Below are positions 46,085 to 54,889 of a DNA stretch of 64,000 nt, piece by piece. Below the pieces are notes generated by a model. It ran no database searches. It worked only from the letters and a program-made list of their open reading frames with translations, and was not told the origin of the DNA. Positions within the stretch are counted from its first letter, which is position 1. The number at the start of each line of letters is the position of its first letter. The translations under genes were made by a program, and so were the position numbers. This stretch comes from Vicinamibacterales bacterium (lineage in GTDB: Bacteria; Acidobacteriota; Vicinamibacteria; Vicinamibacterales; JAMQPK01), in the NCBI GenBank assembly GCA_963744405.1, contig CAVUTO010000020.1, forward strand, positions 24,666 to 88,665, written 5' to 3'.

Positions 46085-48462
46085 ACTTGGCCCCTACGAG
46101 ATTCTCCTGCCGCTGGGAGCGGGTGGCATGGGCGAGGTCTACAAGGCCCGTGACACCAGGCTCGACCGCCTCGTCGCCATCAAAATCCTCCCGTCAGCAG
46201 ACCCTGAGTTGAGGCAGCGCTTCGAGCACGAGGCCAAGGCTGTGGCGGCGCTCTCGCATCCGAACATCTGCCTGCTGCACGATGTCGGCCACCAGCACGG
46301 CATTGATTTCCTTGTCATCGAGTACCTGGAAGGTGAGACGCTCGCCGACCGTTTGAAGGAAGGGCCTCTTGCCCATCATGTGATGTGCGATCTCGCTGTT
46401 CAAATTGCAGATGCGCTTGACACGGCGCACGCCGCTCACGTCGTCCACCGGGATCTCAAGCCCCACAACGTGATCATTACGAAGCGCGGTCAGGCCAAAG
46501 TGCTTGATTTCGGTCTTGCGAAAATCGGCGCGGCCGTGGGGCCGGGTGGATCGTCAGACAGCTCAGACGCGCCCACGAGGTTCGCCGCGACGCAGCTGAC
46601 GAGCCCGGGGAGCACCCTGGGAACTGTGGCGTACATGTCACCCGAGCAGGCGCGCGGCGAGCAGACGGATGTCCGGACCGACATCTTTTCGTTCGGCGCC
46701 ATGCTGTATGAGATGGCAACCGGCCGGCCGGCGTTTCCCGGCCGAACGCCCGCCATCGTTTTCGACGAAATTCTGAACAAGGCGCCCGTGTCGTCCGCGG
46801 TCGTGAACCCGGAGGTGGCCCCGGATGTGGATCGGGTCATCGCGAAGGCGCTCGAGAAGAATCGCGACGCGCGCTATCAGACCGCCGCCGATCTGCGTCG
46901 CGATCTCGAGCGTGCCCGGGATTCGAGGCGGCAACCGCGCGAGAACGACGGGCCACAGGCGTCCCGGGGTGTGACACGGCGACGGTCGATCCGCCTTGCG
47001 GCCCTGACCGCGGCTGCCGTTCTGCTTGTCGTCGTGCTGATCGCCAACCGCGAGCGCTTTCTGTCGAGCGCTGCCGTCGATTCGATCGACTCAATCGCCG
47101 TGCTGCCGTTCGTCAATGCCAGCGGTACTCCGGATGCGGACTATCTCAGCGACGGCATCTCGGGAACGCTGACGAATAACCTCGCGCGCGTGGGCGGTCT
47201 CCGGGTGATCCCGCGGACGCTCTCTGCGCGCTACAGGAACGGCGCGACAGATCCAGCTCAGGCGGGCAGGGAGCTGAACGCGCGGGCCGTCGTCACCGGC
47301 CGCGTGGTCCAGCGCGGCGACCAGCTCATCATTCAGGCCGAGCTGATCGATGTGGCAAGCGTCTCACAACTGTGGGGAGACCAATTCGAGCGTCCGCTCG
47401 CTGATGTCGTGAGTGTTCAGGCGGAGATCTCCAGGGCTATTGCAGACAATCTCCGACTGCGCCTTACGCCCGACGATCGACAGAACCTTACGGCCGGTGC
47501 CCCGCGCGATGCGATGGCGTATCAACTGTATCTTCGCGGTCAGTACGCGACGAACAAGCGGACGCGTGAGAGCTATCAGCAGGCAACCCAGTACTTCAAC
47601 CAGGCGTTGGCACGCGACCCTTCGTATGCGCTCGCCTATGCCGGACTTGCAGACGCCTACATCTGGCAAGGGTACTGGGGCTACCTGAACTCGGCTGACG
47701 CCTATCAGAAGGCGGTCGTGGCGGCGAGACAAGCCACCACGCTCGACGACCGATCGGCTGACGGGCACGCAGCGCTCGCGTGGATCAGTCTGTACCTATC
47801 AGTGGGATTGGGCACAGAGCGAGCGCGAGTATCAGCGGGCGATCGCGCTTGACCCGACCAACGCGGTGATTCGACGGATGTACGGCGAGTCGCTGGGCAC
47901 CCGCGGCCGCTTCGACGAGGCGATCGCGGAGATCCGCCGCGCGGTCGCGCTGGATCCGCTGTCGGGGCCCAGCGCAGTCGGACTCGGTTTCATGCTCAGC
48001 AACGCAGGTCACTTCGAGGAGTCAATTGCGGTTTTGAAACGCGCCATCGCGCTCGAGCCGGACCACACCCTCGCAAAGCTCGATCTTGCGCGCACGTACC
48101 GCCTCGCTGGGATGACCGACCTCGCCATTGCCGAAAGCCAGCGGATGGTTGACGCGGGCGATCCACTCGGTCCCGTGTTCCTCGCGGCCAGTTACGCGGT
48201 GGCCGGCCGCAAAGCGCAGGCGCGTCACCTCCTCGAATCCATAGTTGCGACAGCGCGATCAACTCAGAAGGGCAGCTTTGCGGTGGCGCTGGTTCTTGCC
48301 AGTCTCGGCGAGCGCGATCAAGCCTTCGAATGGCTCGAGCGAGCCTATCAGGAACACGACACGTTTCTCCCATGGCTTAGGGTTGATCCGGATCTTGCGT
48401 CGTTGCGTCACGATCCTCGTTTCGAGGAACTCGTTCGCCGGATTGGAATTCCGGAACGATAA
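46062..48462 (+). CDS. Ser/Thr protein kinase with TM segment, periplasmic domain and TPR tail; frameshift near 47795-47796
   Basis: GAGGMGEVYKA, HRDLKPHNV, DFGLAK, SPEQ. TM LAALTAAAVLLVVVLIA. After ..AWISLY the reading YQWDWAQSEREYQRAIALDPTNAVIRRMYGE continues in the frame of ORF 47866..48462 (TPR repeats). Confidence 0.85.
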
Positions 48463-48466
48463 CGCT

Positions 48467-48541
48467 TTGCCGGCAGTTTCAGAGGGGCAGATTTTCATCC
48501 GCACGACCGGGGCGCTGTGGGCGATTGGACAACGCAAATGA
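48467..48541 (+). pseudogene. 3-prime remnant (24 codons plus stop) of a PQQ-propeller paralogue
   Basis: Encodes [24 protein letters not shown] stop. Its last 23 residues equal the C-terminus of P6 (45425-45496). There is no upstream propeller body; it starts 5 nt after the kinase stop. Confidence 0.75.
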
Positions 48542-48597
48542 GAATTGGAAGTTTGAAGATTGGTAGATTGGAAGATTGGTAGATTGCCAGATTAGAA
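48542..48597. repeat. Simple repeat (TTGGAAGATTGG type), expanded copy
   Basis: GAATTGGAAGTTTGAAGATTGGTAGATTGGAAGATTGGTAGATTGCCAGATTAGAA. Confidence 0.8.
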
Positions 48598-49128
48598 ATG
48601 CACGACAGCGCGCTGGTGGCGTTTTATCGAGGTGATGGGCGCGACCATCGCGGCCGCTTATTGAGCCACATCCTCGGGTTCGGTCCCGACGAGCTCGAAC
48701 GTCATCACGACTACATCCAGTGGCTGTTCCCTTTGCCTGAACCAAGCGGCGCGAATCCATCGGCGCCGCTATTGTCGAAGGACGATATCGGCGCGTTCAA
48801 GTCCGATGAATCACTTCGAGAGGCCCTTATCGAGTCGCTCCAATTGATGCTGCAGTTTTATGGCTTCCACCTCGTCACCCGCGGTGCTCACGTCGAGATA
48901 ATGCGTGGCGCCAACTTCGACGAACGGAGCCGTGTCTGGCTCAGTCACGGCAACCATAATTTCCTGCGCATCAGCAGAATGCTGCGCTCAATGTCGCTAT
49001 TGGGCTCGAGCGAGCATGCCCAGGCGCTTCTAAAACGGCTCGAGCAGGTTTACGCCGGGCATATTCCAATCATAGGCACGACCACGATGGGTTTCTGGCG
49101 CAGGGCAGTGACGGAGGCGAACGAATGA
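48598..49128 (+). CDS. OGFr N-terminal-domain-like protein, copy 2
   Basis: Paralogue of 45536..46084 with the same N-terminus (MHDSALVAFYRGDGRDHRGR) and the same HHDYIQWLFPLPEPSGAN and NHNFLRISRMLRS motifs. Confidence 0.78.
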   Translation: MHDSALVAFYRGDGRDHRGRLLSHILGFGPDELERHHDYIQWLFPLPEPSGANPSAPLLSKDDIGAFKSDESLREALIESLQLMLQFYGFHLVTRGAHVEIMRGANFDERSRVWLSHGNHNFLRISRMLRSMSLLGSSEHAQALLKRLEQVYAGHIPIIGTTTMGFWRRAVTEANE

Positions 49129-49493
49129 GTCTCGGAAGGACGACACCGATTCTCCGGATTTTCGATGAGGTGAAAGCGAAGGAGTTCTACGTCGATTTCC
49201 TTGGCTTCACGGTCGACTGGGAGCACCGATTCGAGCCTGGGCTTCCACTCTACATGCAGGTCACCAGGGACGATTGCGTTCTGCATCTGTCGGAACACTA
49301 TGGCGACTGCAGCCCGGGCGCGGCGGTGCGGATCGAAACCGCGGACATCGACACATTTCACCGCGAACTAGCGGAAAAGAAATACAAATACGCGCGGCCG
49401 GGCATCCAAGAAATGCCATGGGGCACACGTGAAGTGTCTGTGAAAGATCCGTTCGGCAACCGTCTGACATTCTCGATGCCCGTCACCTCTTGA
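49125..49493 (+). CDS. VOC family protein (glyoxalase/bleomycin-resistance fold)
   Basis: 122-aa ORF with ILRIFDEVKAKEFYVDFLGFTVDWEHRF .. DPFGNRLTF. ATG overlaps the previous stop (ATGA). Confidence 0.85.
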   Translation: MSLGRTTPILRIFDEVKAKEFYVDFLGFTVDWEHRFEPGLPLYMQVTRDDCVLHLSEHYGDCSPGAAVRIETADIDTFHRELAEKKYKYARPGIQEMPWGTREVSVKDPFGNRLTFSMPVTS

Positions 49494-49546
49494 CCACGAG
49501 GCACGAAGACAGATCACGAAGGCGCGAAGACGCGAAGTCGAATGCT

Positions 49547-49731
49547 GAACACGATGACACGACGACACGATGAGCACGATGACGGACAAGGGATGACGGC
49601 CGGACGCAAACCGTGCGGTTTGATATCTTCAGCTAATTTTGATTGGGCAGGTGGTCCGCCTGAAGGGACACTACCGTCGCTCTTCGCGTAGAGCTTCATC
49701 GTGTCATCGTGCTCATCGCGTCATCGTGTTC
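49547..49731. repeat. Long inverted simple repeat (CACGATGA arm / CATCGTG arm) enclosing a REP-like hairpin
   Basis: Left arm GAACACGATGACACGACGACACGATGAGCACGATGAC (49547-49583). Right arm CATCGTGTCATCGTGCTCATCGCGTCATCGTGTTC (49697-49731). Confidence 0.75.
49653..49674 (-). repeat. REP-like hairpin, degenerate copy (GTAGTGTCCCTTCAGGCGGACC on minus strand)
   Basis: Plus strand reads GGTCCGCCTGAAGGGACACTAC. Two stem bases are missing relative to the other copies. Confidence 0.6.
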
Positions 49732-49934
49732 GGGTGTTCTTCGAGCGCGTCGTGTCGGCTAACGTAATTCTGCGGTGGGTCCTCGCCATGGCGGCCGCTG
49801 GGACAGGCGCATGAGTGACGAGCTTGCTCAGGCGCTGCGCGCGCTGGAGGAGGAGCTGCATAAGCCTGAGACGCGGCACGATCAGACGCGTATAGCGTCT
49901 TCATGTCGGCGTGATTTTCTGATGGAGTACCCCA

Positions 49935-50297
49935 ATGAGCAAAGCCGCGATCAGTGTGTTCGTGTTCGGGTGGTACATCCTGGCGAACGCGATCGTTCTT
50001 CTCGTCGCCCCGAACATGATGCTCGGCATGCTTGGATTGGAGCCGACGCGTGAGCCGTGGCTGCGTTTGCTGGGCTTGGTGACGCTGGCGCTGTCTGTGT
50101 ATTACATCCAGTCGGCGCGCGAGGAGCTAACAGGATTTTTCCGACTGACGACGTGGGGCAGAGCAGTAATCCTCGTCGGCACGATCGCGCTCACCGGTGC
50201 GGGCCTGGTGCCGAGAGTGATTGTGATATTCGGCATAGTAGACGCGGCGGGAGCCGTGTGGACCGCCGCTGCGCTGCGAACGTCCCGGAAGTCGTAG
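49935..50297 (+). CDS. Hypothetical integral membrane protein
   Basis: 120-aa ORF with 4 hydrophobic helices. Confidence 0.65.
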   Translation: MSKAAISVFVFGWYILANAIVLLVAPNMMLGMLGLEPTREPWLRLLGLVTLALSVYYIQSAREELTGFFRLTTWGRAVILVGTIALTGAGLVPRVIVIFGIVDAAGAVWTAAALRTSRKS

Positions 50298-50334
50298 TCC
50301 TGTTCAAGGCTGGAGTCGGTACTATGACTGTCAG

Positions 50335-50359
50335 GTCCGCCTAAAGGCGGACACCACCG
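50335..50359 (-). repeat. REP-like hairpin (GTGGTGTCCGCCTTTAGGCGGAC on minus strand)
   Basis: Plus strand reads GTCCGCCTAAAGGCGGACACCAC. Stem GTCCGCC/GGCGGAC. Confidence 0.75.
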
Positions 50360-50404
50360 ATGAGTTTCGCGTCTTCGCGCTCGTCGAGTCTTCGCATTTA
50401 GCGT

Positions 50405-50482
50405 TCATCGTGCCATCGTGCCATCGTGCCATCGTGCTCGTCGTGTCATCGTGACCAACCACCAACCACCCACCACCAACCA
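50405..50482. repeat. Simple repeats (CATCGTGC x4, then CCAACCA type)
   Basis: TCATCGTGCCATCGTGCCATCGTGCCATCGTGCTCGTCGTGTCATCGTGACCAACCACCAACCACCCACCACCAACC. Confidence 0.85.
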
Positions 50483-50485
50483 GCG

Positions 50486-50935
50486 TTACGCGGTCGGTCT
50501 GAAATACAGCACCATCCCGGCGCCGAGCGACGCGAGCACGAATCCCACGTACAACATCGGGTTCGGCGCGACCTTCGGCGGGTGGATTACCATCGAGAGC
50601 AGCACGTTGACGATGGGGGCGCCGCCGAAGACGAGCGGCATGACGTACACGGGGAGGCCGCCGCTGCGAAACGCCCAGATGATGCAGCCCGCTCCGATGG
50701 CGCCGAGCGCGCCGGCGATCGTCGCCACCATCAAGCCGGTCTGATTGAAGCCGGACAGACCGCCCTGCGACGCGAGCGTGGCGACCGGAATCAGCACACC
50801 GATCAGGAAGTACGCGACGCCCACGCACAACAACGCCTTGAGCGGGTTGCCGAGCATCACCTGGCCGCGATGGAGCAGTACGCCATACGCCCCCCAAGAC
50901 AGTACGGCGCCGAGCACGAAGACAAGCCATCTCAT
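50486..50935 (-). CDS. Hypothetical integral membrane protein
   Basis: 149-aa ORF with 4-5 hydrophobic helices. Confidence 0.7.
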   Translation of the reverse strand: MRWLVFVLGAVLSWGAYGVLLHRGQVMLGNPLKALLCVGVAYFLIGVLIPVATLASQGGLSGFNQTGLMVATIAGALGAIGAGCIIWAFRSGGLPVYVMPLVFGGAPIVNVLLSMVIHPPKVAPNPMLYVGFVLASLGAGMVLYFRPTA

Positions 50936-50963
50936 TTAGTCGCCTCGCAAATCCTGCTCCCAG

Positions 50964-51027
50964 TGGTTCTGGGTGCTGGGTTCTAGGTTCTTGGTTCTGG
51001 ATCTACGTTCTCGGTTCCCGGTTCGGT
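50964..51027. repeat. GGTTCTGG-type simple repeat, single arm
   Basis: GGTTCTGGGTGCTGGGTTCTAGGTTCTTGGTTCTGGATCTACGTTCTCGGTTCCCGGTTCGG. Confidence 0.8.
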
Positions 51028-51055
51028 GACTCGTCTGACTTCGTGCCTTCGTGGT

Positions 51056-52579
51056 CTATTTTGGAAGCGCGATCGCGAACAGCTGATTGCGGTTGTTGAG
51101 GAAGATCGTGCCGTGCGCCGGCGTCACGGTCGCGTACACCGAGCTGCCCATGTTCATTTCGGCCAGCACCTTCTTCTCGCGGCCGTGGGCGAGAACCGTG
51201 ACGTCGCCGTCTTCGTCGCCGATGTACACCTTGCCGTCAGCCACGAACGGCGATCCCCAGACAGCTGCGAACAGATCGTGCACCCAGATCTCCTTGCCGG
51301 TCGCGGCGTCGAGACAATACAGAAAGCCGCTGAAGTCTGAGATGTAGACGAGGCCGTCGGTGACGGCTGCGGTGGAGATCGAACGCCGGATCTTCGTGAA
51401 GTGCCATAACCGGCCGCTCTGCGTGATGTCACCACGCTTGGTCGCGTCGATGGCGTAGAAGTTGCCGACGCCCTCCCCGTGTTCGGGATCCTGACCGTTG
51501 GCGAGGTAGACGCGGTCGCCGACGATGACCGGCGTCGAGATCAATTCGTTGCGGGTTTTCGGCCAGACCGTCTCTTTGGGGTTCGTGTCGAACTCCCAGA
51601 GCTTCTTGCCGGTCTGCGCCTCGTAGCCGCGTGCCCATCCGTCCCCCTGCGCGGACACGACCTGCACGACCCCGCCGATCGTGCCGACCGCCGGCGGCGA
51701 CCACTGGCCGTGCAGAATGCGGTCTTCGACCGAGTTGTCCTCCCACACGAGCTTGCCTGTCGTTTTGTTCACCGCGATGATCGACGGCGCGCGCGGAGAG
51801 GGGATGTTCACATGGCTCTCGTCCTGCCCGTTCGATGTGCTGACGAAAACCAGATCGCCCCACAGCACTGGCGACGAGTTGGCCAGGTTGTGCGGATAGG
51901 TGCCCACTTCCTCCATCATGTCGAACGCCCAGATGACGTCTGCGTCGTTCATGCCGGTGAGTTTTTCGTCGGTCACCGGGCCGTCGTTTTCTTTGTCGCG
52001 AAAGCCTTCGATGTCGACGGCGAACAGCACGGCGCGATTGCTCACGTAATAGAGCGTCTTGCCGTCGACGAGCGGGGAAGAAGCCACGCCCTGATAGGGC
52101 CAGTCGTTGGCGCGCCCCGCCTCGAGCTTCGTGTGCGTGTGCTGCCACAGGAATTCGCCGTCGGTCTCGCGAAAGGCCATCAGCACGCCGCGGTCGCCGG
52201 GCTGCTTCGCATCGCGCACGCCTTCGTTGTTCGTGCCGACAAACACCGTCCCGCCCGCGACGACGGCATTCCCATAGCTCTGCGACCCGAGGTCCGCGAC
52301 CCACTTGATGTTCTTCTTCGTCTTCACGTCCCAGTCGGTCGGCAGGCCCTTCGCATTCGACACCATGTTGCGATCGGGGCTGCCGCCCCACATCGGCCAG
52401 TCGCCTGTGCCGGGATCGGACGCCGAAAGACCGGTGGCTGCCACGGTTACGACCAACGCAAGGGCAACATTGACGCAGAGGCGCGAAGGCGCAAAGAAGG
52501 CCTTGTTCTCAAGAAACGAATTACTTTGCGGCTCTGCGGCTCCGCGTCGAGGTTTGGGCGCTGTTGTCATGTCATTCAT
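51056..52579 (-). CDS. PQQ-like beta-propeller repeat protein P7
   Basis: 507-aa ORF with TM/signal VNVALALVVTVAATGLSA, DWPMWGGSPDRN and propeller blades. Overlaps the upstream P8 gene by 8 nt. Confidence 0.88.
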   Translation of the reverse strand: MNDMTTAPKPRRGAAEPQSNSFLENKAFFAPSRLCVNVALALVVTVAATGLSASDPGTGDWPMWGGSPDRNMVSNAKGLPTDWDVKTKKNIKWVADLGSQSYGNAVVAGGTVFVGTNNEGVRDAKQPGDRGVLMAFRETDGEFLWQHTHTKLEAGRANDWPYQGVASSPLVDGKTLYYVSNRAVLFAVDIEGFRDKENDGPVTDEKLTGMNDADVIWAFDMMEEVGTYPHNLANSSPVLWGDLVFVSTSNGQDESHVNIPSPRAPSIIAVNKTTGKLVWEDNSVEDRILHGQWSPPAVGTIGGVVQVVSAQGDGWARGYEAQTGKKLWEFDTNPKETVWPKTRNELISTPVIVGDRVYLANGQDPEHGEGVGNFYAIDATKRGDITQSGRLWHFTKIRRSISTAAVTDGLVYISDFSGFLYCLDAATGKEIWVHDLFAAVWGSPFVADGKVYIGDEDGDVTVLAHGREKKVLAEMNMGSSVYATVTPAHGTIFLNNRNQLFAIALPK

Positions 52580-54825
52580 TCGGTGAAAGTTTCACGTTGT
52601 CGATGTAGGCACCGAATTCTGCGTCGATGAAGAACCCGGGCGCCCCCTGACGATTGCCGATCGGATCGGTCTTGTCGATCTGCCAGGCCGCTGGCTCGGG
52701 CTCGCCGGCCGGCCATGCCTTACCGCGTGCGCGCACCTGTCCGTTGGGCAGATTCTCAACGCGCAGCTTGATCGTGTACCACGCATCGGGTTTCCATTCG
52801 AACGGCACCGTCACCGTGCGCTGCGTCTCGGGCTCCCACGGTTCGAGCTTGAGCCGCTGCGTCGTCCCATACAGGACGAGGCTATAGCGTTGCACCGTCA
52901 CGCCGACGTCAGCCTGCATGCGACGCCGGGTCGGAGCGCGCACGTCGGCCTGCATCGTGTAGTTCGCCCACTCGACCGGCCCGATGAAGAAACGGCCGCG
53001 CTTGAACAGTGTGTTCGTCGGCGTCTTGTGCAGCGCCTTCTGGCCATCGAGTGTCGCGACAGACAGAGGACCGAGCGGAGCAGCCCGCATTCACCCACCC
53101 AGTGGGGATTGCCTTTTCCGGCATCGTCTCGAACGTCTCGGTCCAGGGAAGCGGCCGCACGATGCGCGCGCGAGCCTCGCCGGTCAGCGTGCCGACCGTC
53201 GCCTTGATGAGGCCGGCCTGTTCTATGGGGTCGGCAGCGACGGTAAATGCCCCGTCCGCCACTGTGCCTTTCAGACCGTCGAGCGACCACGTGGCTTTCT
53301 CTTCGCGCAGGAAGCGTCCCCGGCTGTCGAACGAGCGTGCCGTGAGCTTCACGGTCTTGCCCGGCTCGAGCACGAGCTCCGTCGGCGACACCTGCACGTA
53401 TCCGGGGGCGCCTTCGCCGGTGACCGCCGGCTCGTCGACGGCCCAGCCGGTCAGCGTCTTCCGCTGCTTCGAGCCGATGGAGTAAATCGCATCGCTCGAG
53501 ACAAAAAACACCCGGCCGCGCGAGATGGCTGCGCCGCCGAACACCTGTTCTTCGGTGCCTTCCGATCCGCCGATGCTGTCTTTGCTGACCGGCAAGAGCA
53601 CTTCGCTGAGGATTTCGGCGCGATCAGCGTGGGGTCTGACGATGAAGAACTTGCCGTTCTCGGAGCCGACGTAGATTTTTCCATCGGCCATCACAGGCGG
53701 CGCCTTTTGCGACGTGCCGAGCGGCTGCGTCCACAGCTCTTTGCCACTCTCGATGTCGTACGCCTTCAGTCGCGATCCGTTCTCAATCTGGTAGAGGCGT
53801 GTGCCGTCGACGAGCGGCGACGAGAAGCCGAACTGCTCTCCGTAATGCACCCACTTCGTCGTTTTGATGTCGCCGGTCTGCGATCCGTCGATCGCGGCGA
53901 TCATCCCCATCATGTTGCCTGTCAGGTTCTCGTCGCCATGGGAAATGAGCACCGTGCTTCCGCTGACGACAACACCTGTGTTGATCGCGCGCTTTGCAGC
54001 GACGTAGCTCCACACTTTCTCACCGGTCTGCGGCTTGATCGCGTGGATCCCGCCATCGCCGAGACCGACGATCAGGAGGCGCGTCCCGTTGATCGTGGCG
54101 ATGTAGGGAGCGGCGTATGCCGTGTCGTACGGGCGGCCGCCCGGGTTCGACACATACACGATTTCGCCGGTGCGTTTGTTGAGCGCGATGATGCGATGCG
54201 AGCGCGGCGCCTGCGTGCCCCAGTTCGACACGGCCGCGCTCACGATTACCAGATCGCCGTCGACAATCGGCGACATCGTCCGGCCGCCGTGGGTCGTGAA
54301 TGCCGCGAATTCTTCGCCGATCGATCGCTGCCAGAGCGGCTTGCCTTCGGCAGACAGCGCGACGAGCGTGGCTCCGACGCCGAGTGCGTACACATTGCCG
54401 GTCTCCGGATCGGCGGCAGGCGAGGCCCATCCCACGCGATGCGGCGGCACGTCACTCTGGAAAATACTGAATTTGTATTCCCAGAGTACTTTGCCTGTGT
54501 CGGCATCGAGCGCCATCACGCGCTCCTGCAGCGATGGCCCGCGTCCCGACGGGTTCTGCACGTAGACGCGATTGCCCATCACAATCGGCGCCGAGCGGCC
54601 GCCGAACGGAACGCGCCACAGCAGATTGGTTCCCTTAAGATCCCATGAAGACGGAAGGCCGGTTTCGGCAGACTTGCCGTCGCGATTCGCTCCACGCGCC
54701 TCGGGCCAATCACCGAGCGCGACCCGTCGGCCTGTGCCGAGCGCAGTCGAGGCAGGGCCCTGGGCCCTTGCGGGGGCAGCAAGGCTCGAGCACACCATGA
54801 TGAGCGTCAAGAGCTTTTTCAGCAT
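52572..54825 (-). CDS. PQQ-like beta-propeller P8 fused to Ig-like and LamG/DUF1080-like C-terminal domains; frameshift near 53084-53087
   Basis: - Signal peptide MLKKLLTLIMVCSSLAAPARAQG and DWPEARGANRDG.
- After the propeller comes VQVSPTELVLEPGKTVKLTARSFD (Ig-like).
- After ..IPTGWVNA the sequence continues in the frame of ORF 52572..53090 (PLGPLSVATLDGQKALHK..FIDAEFGAYIDNVKLSPNE). Confidence 0.8.
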
Positions 54826-54889
54826 ACGATTCTGGATGTTACTTGAATACGTGCCGATGGAAAAGGTCGCTTACGAGAGGGTTGTCGTG

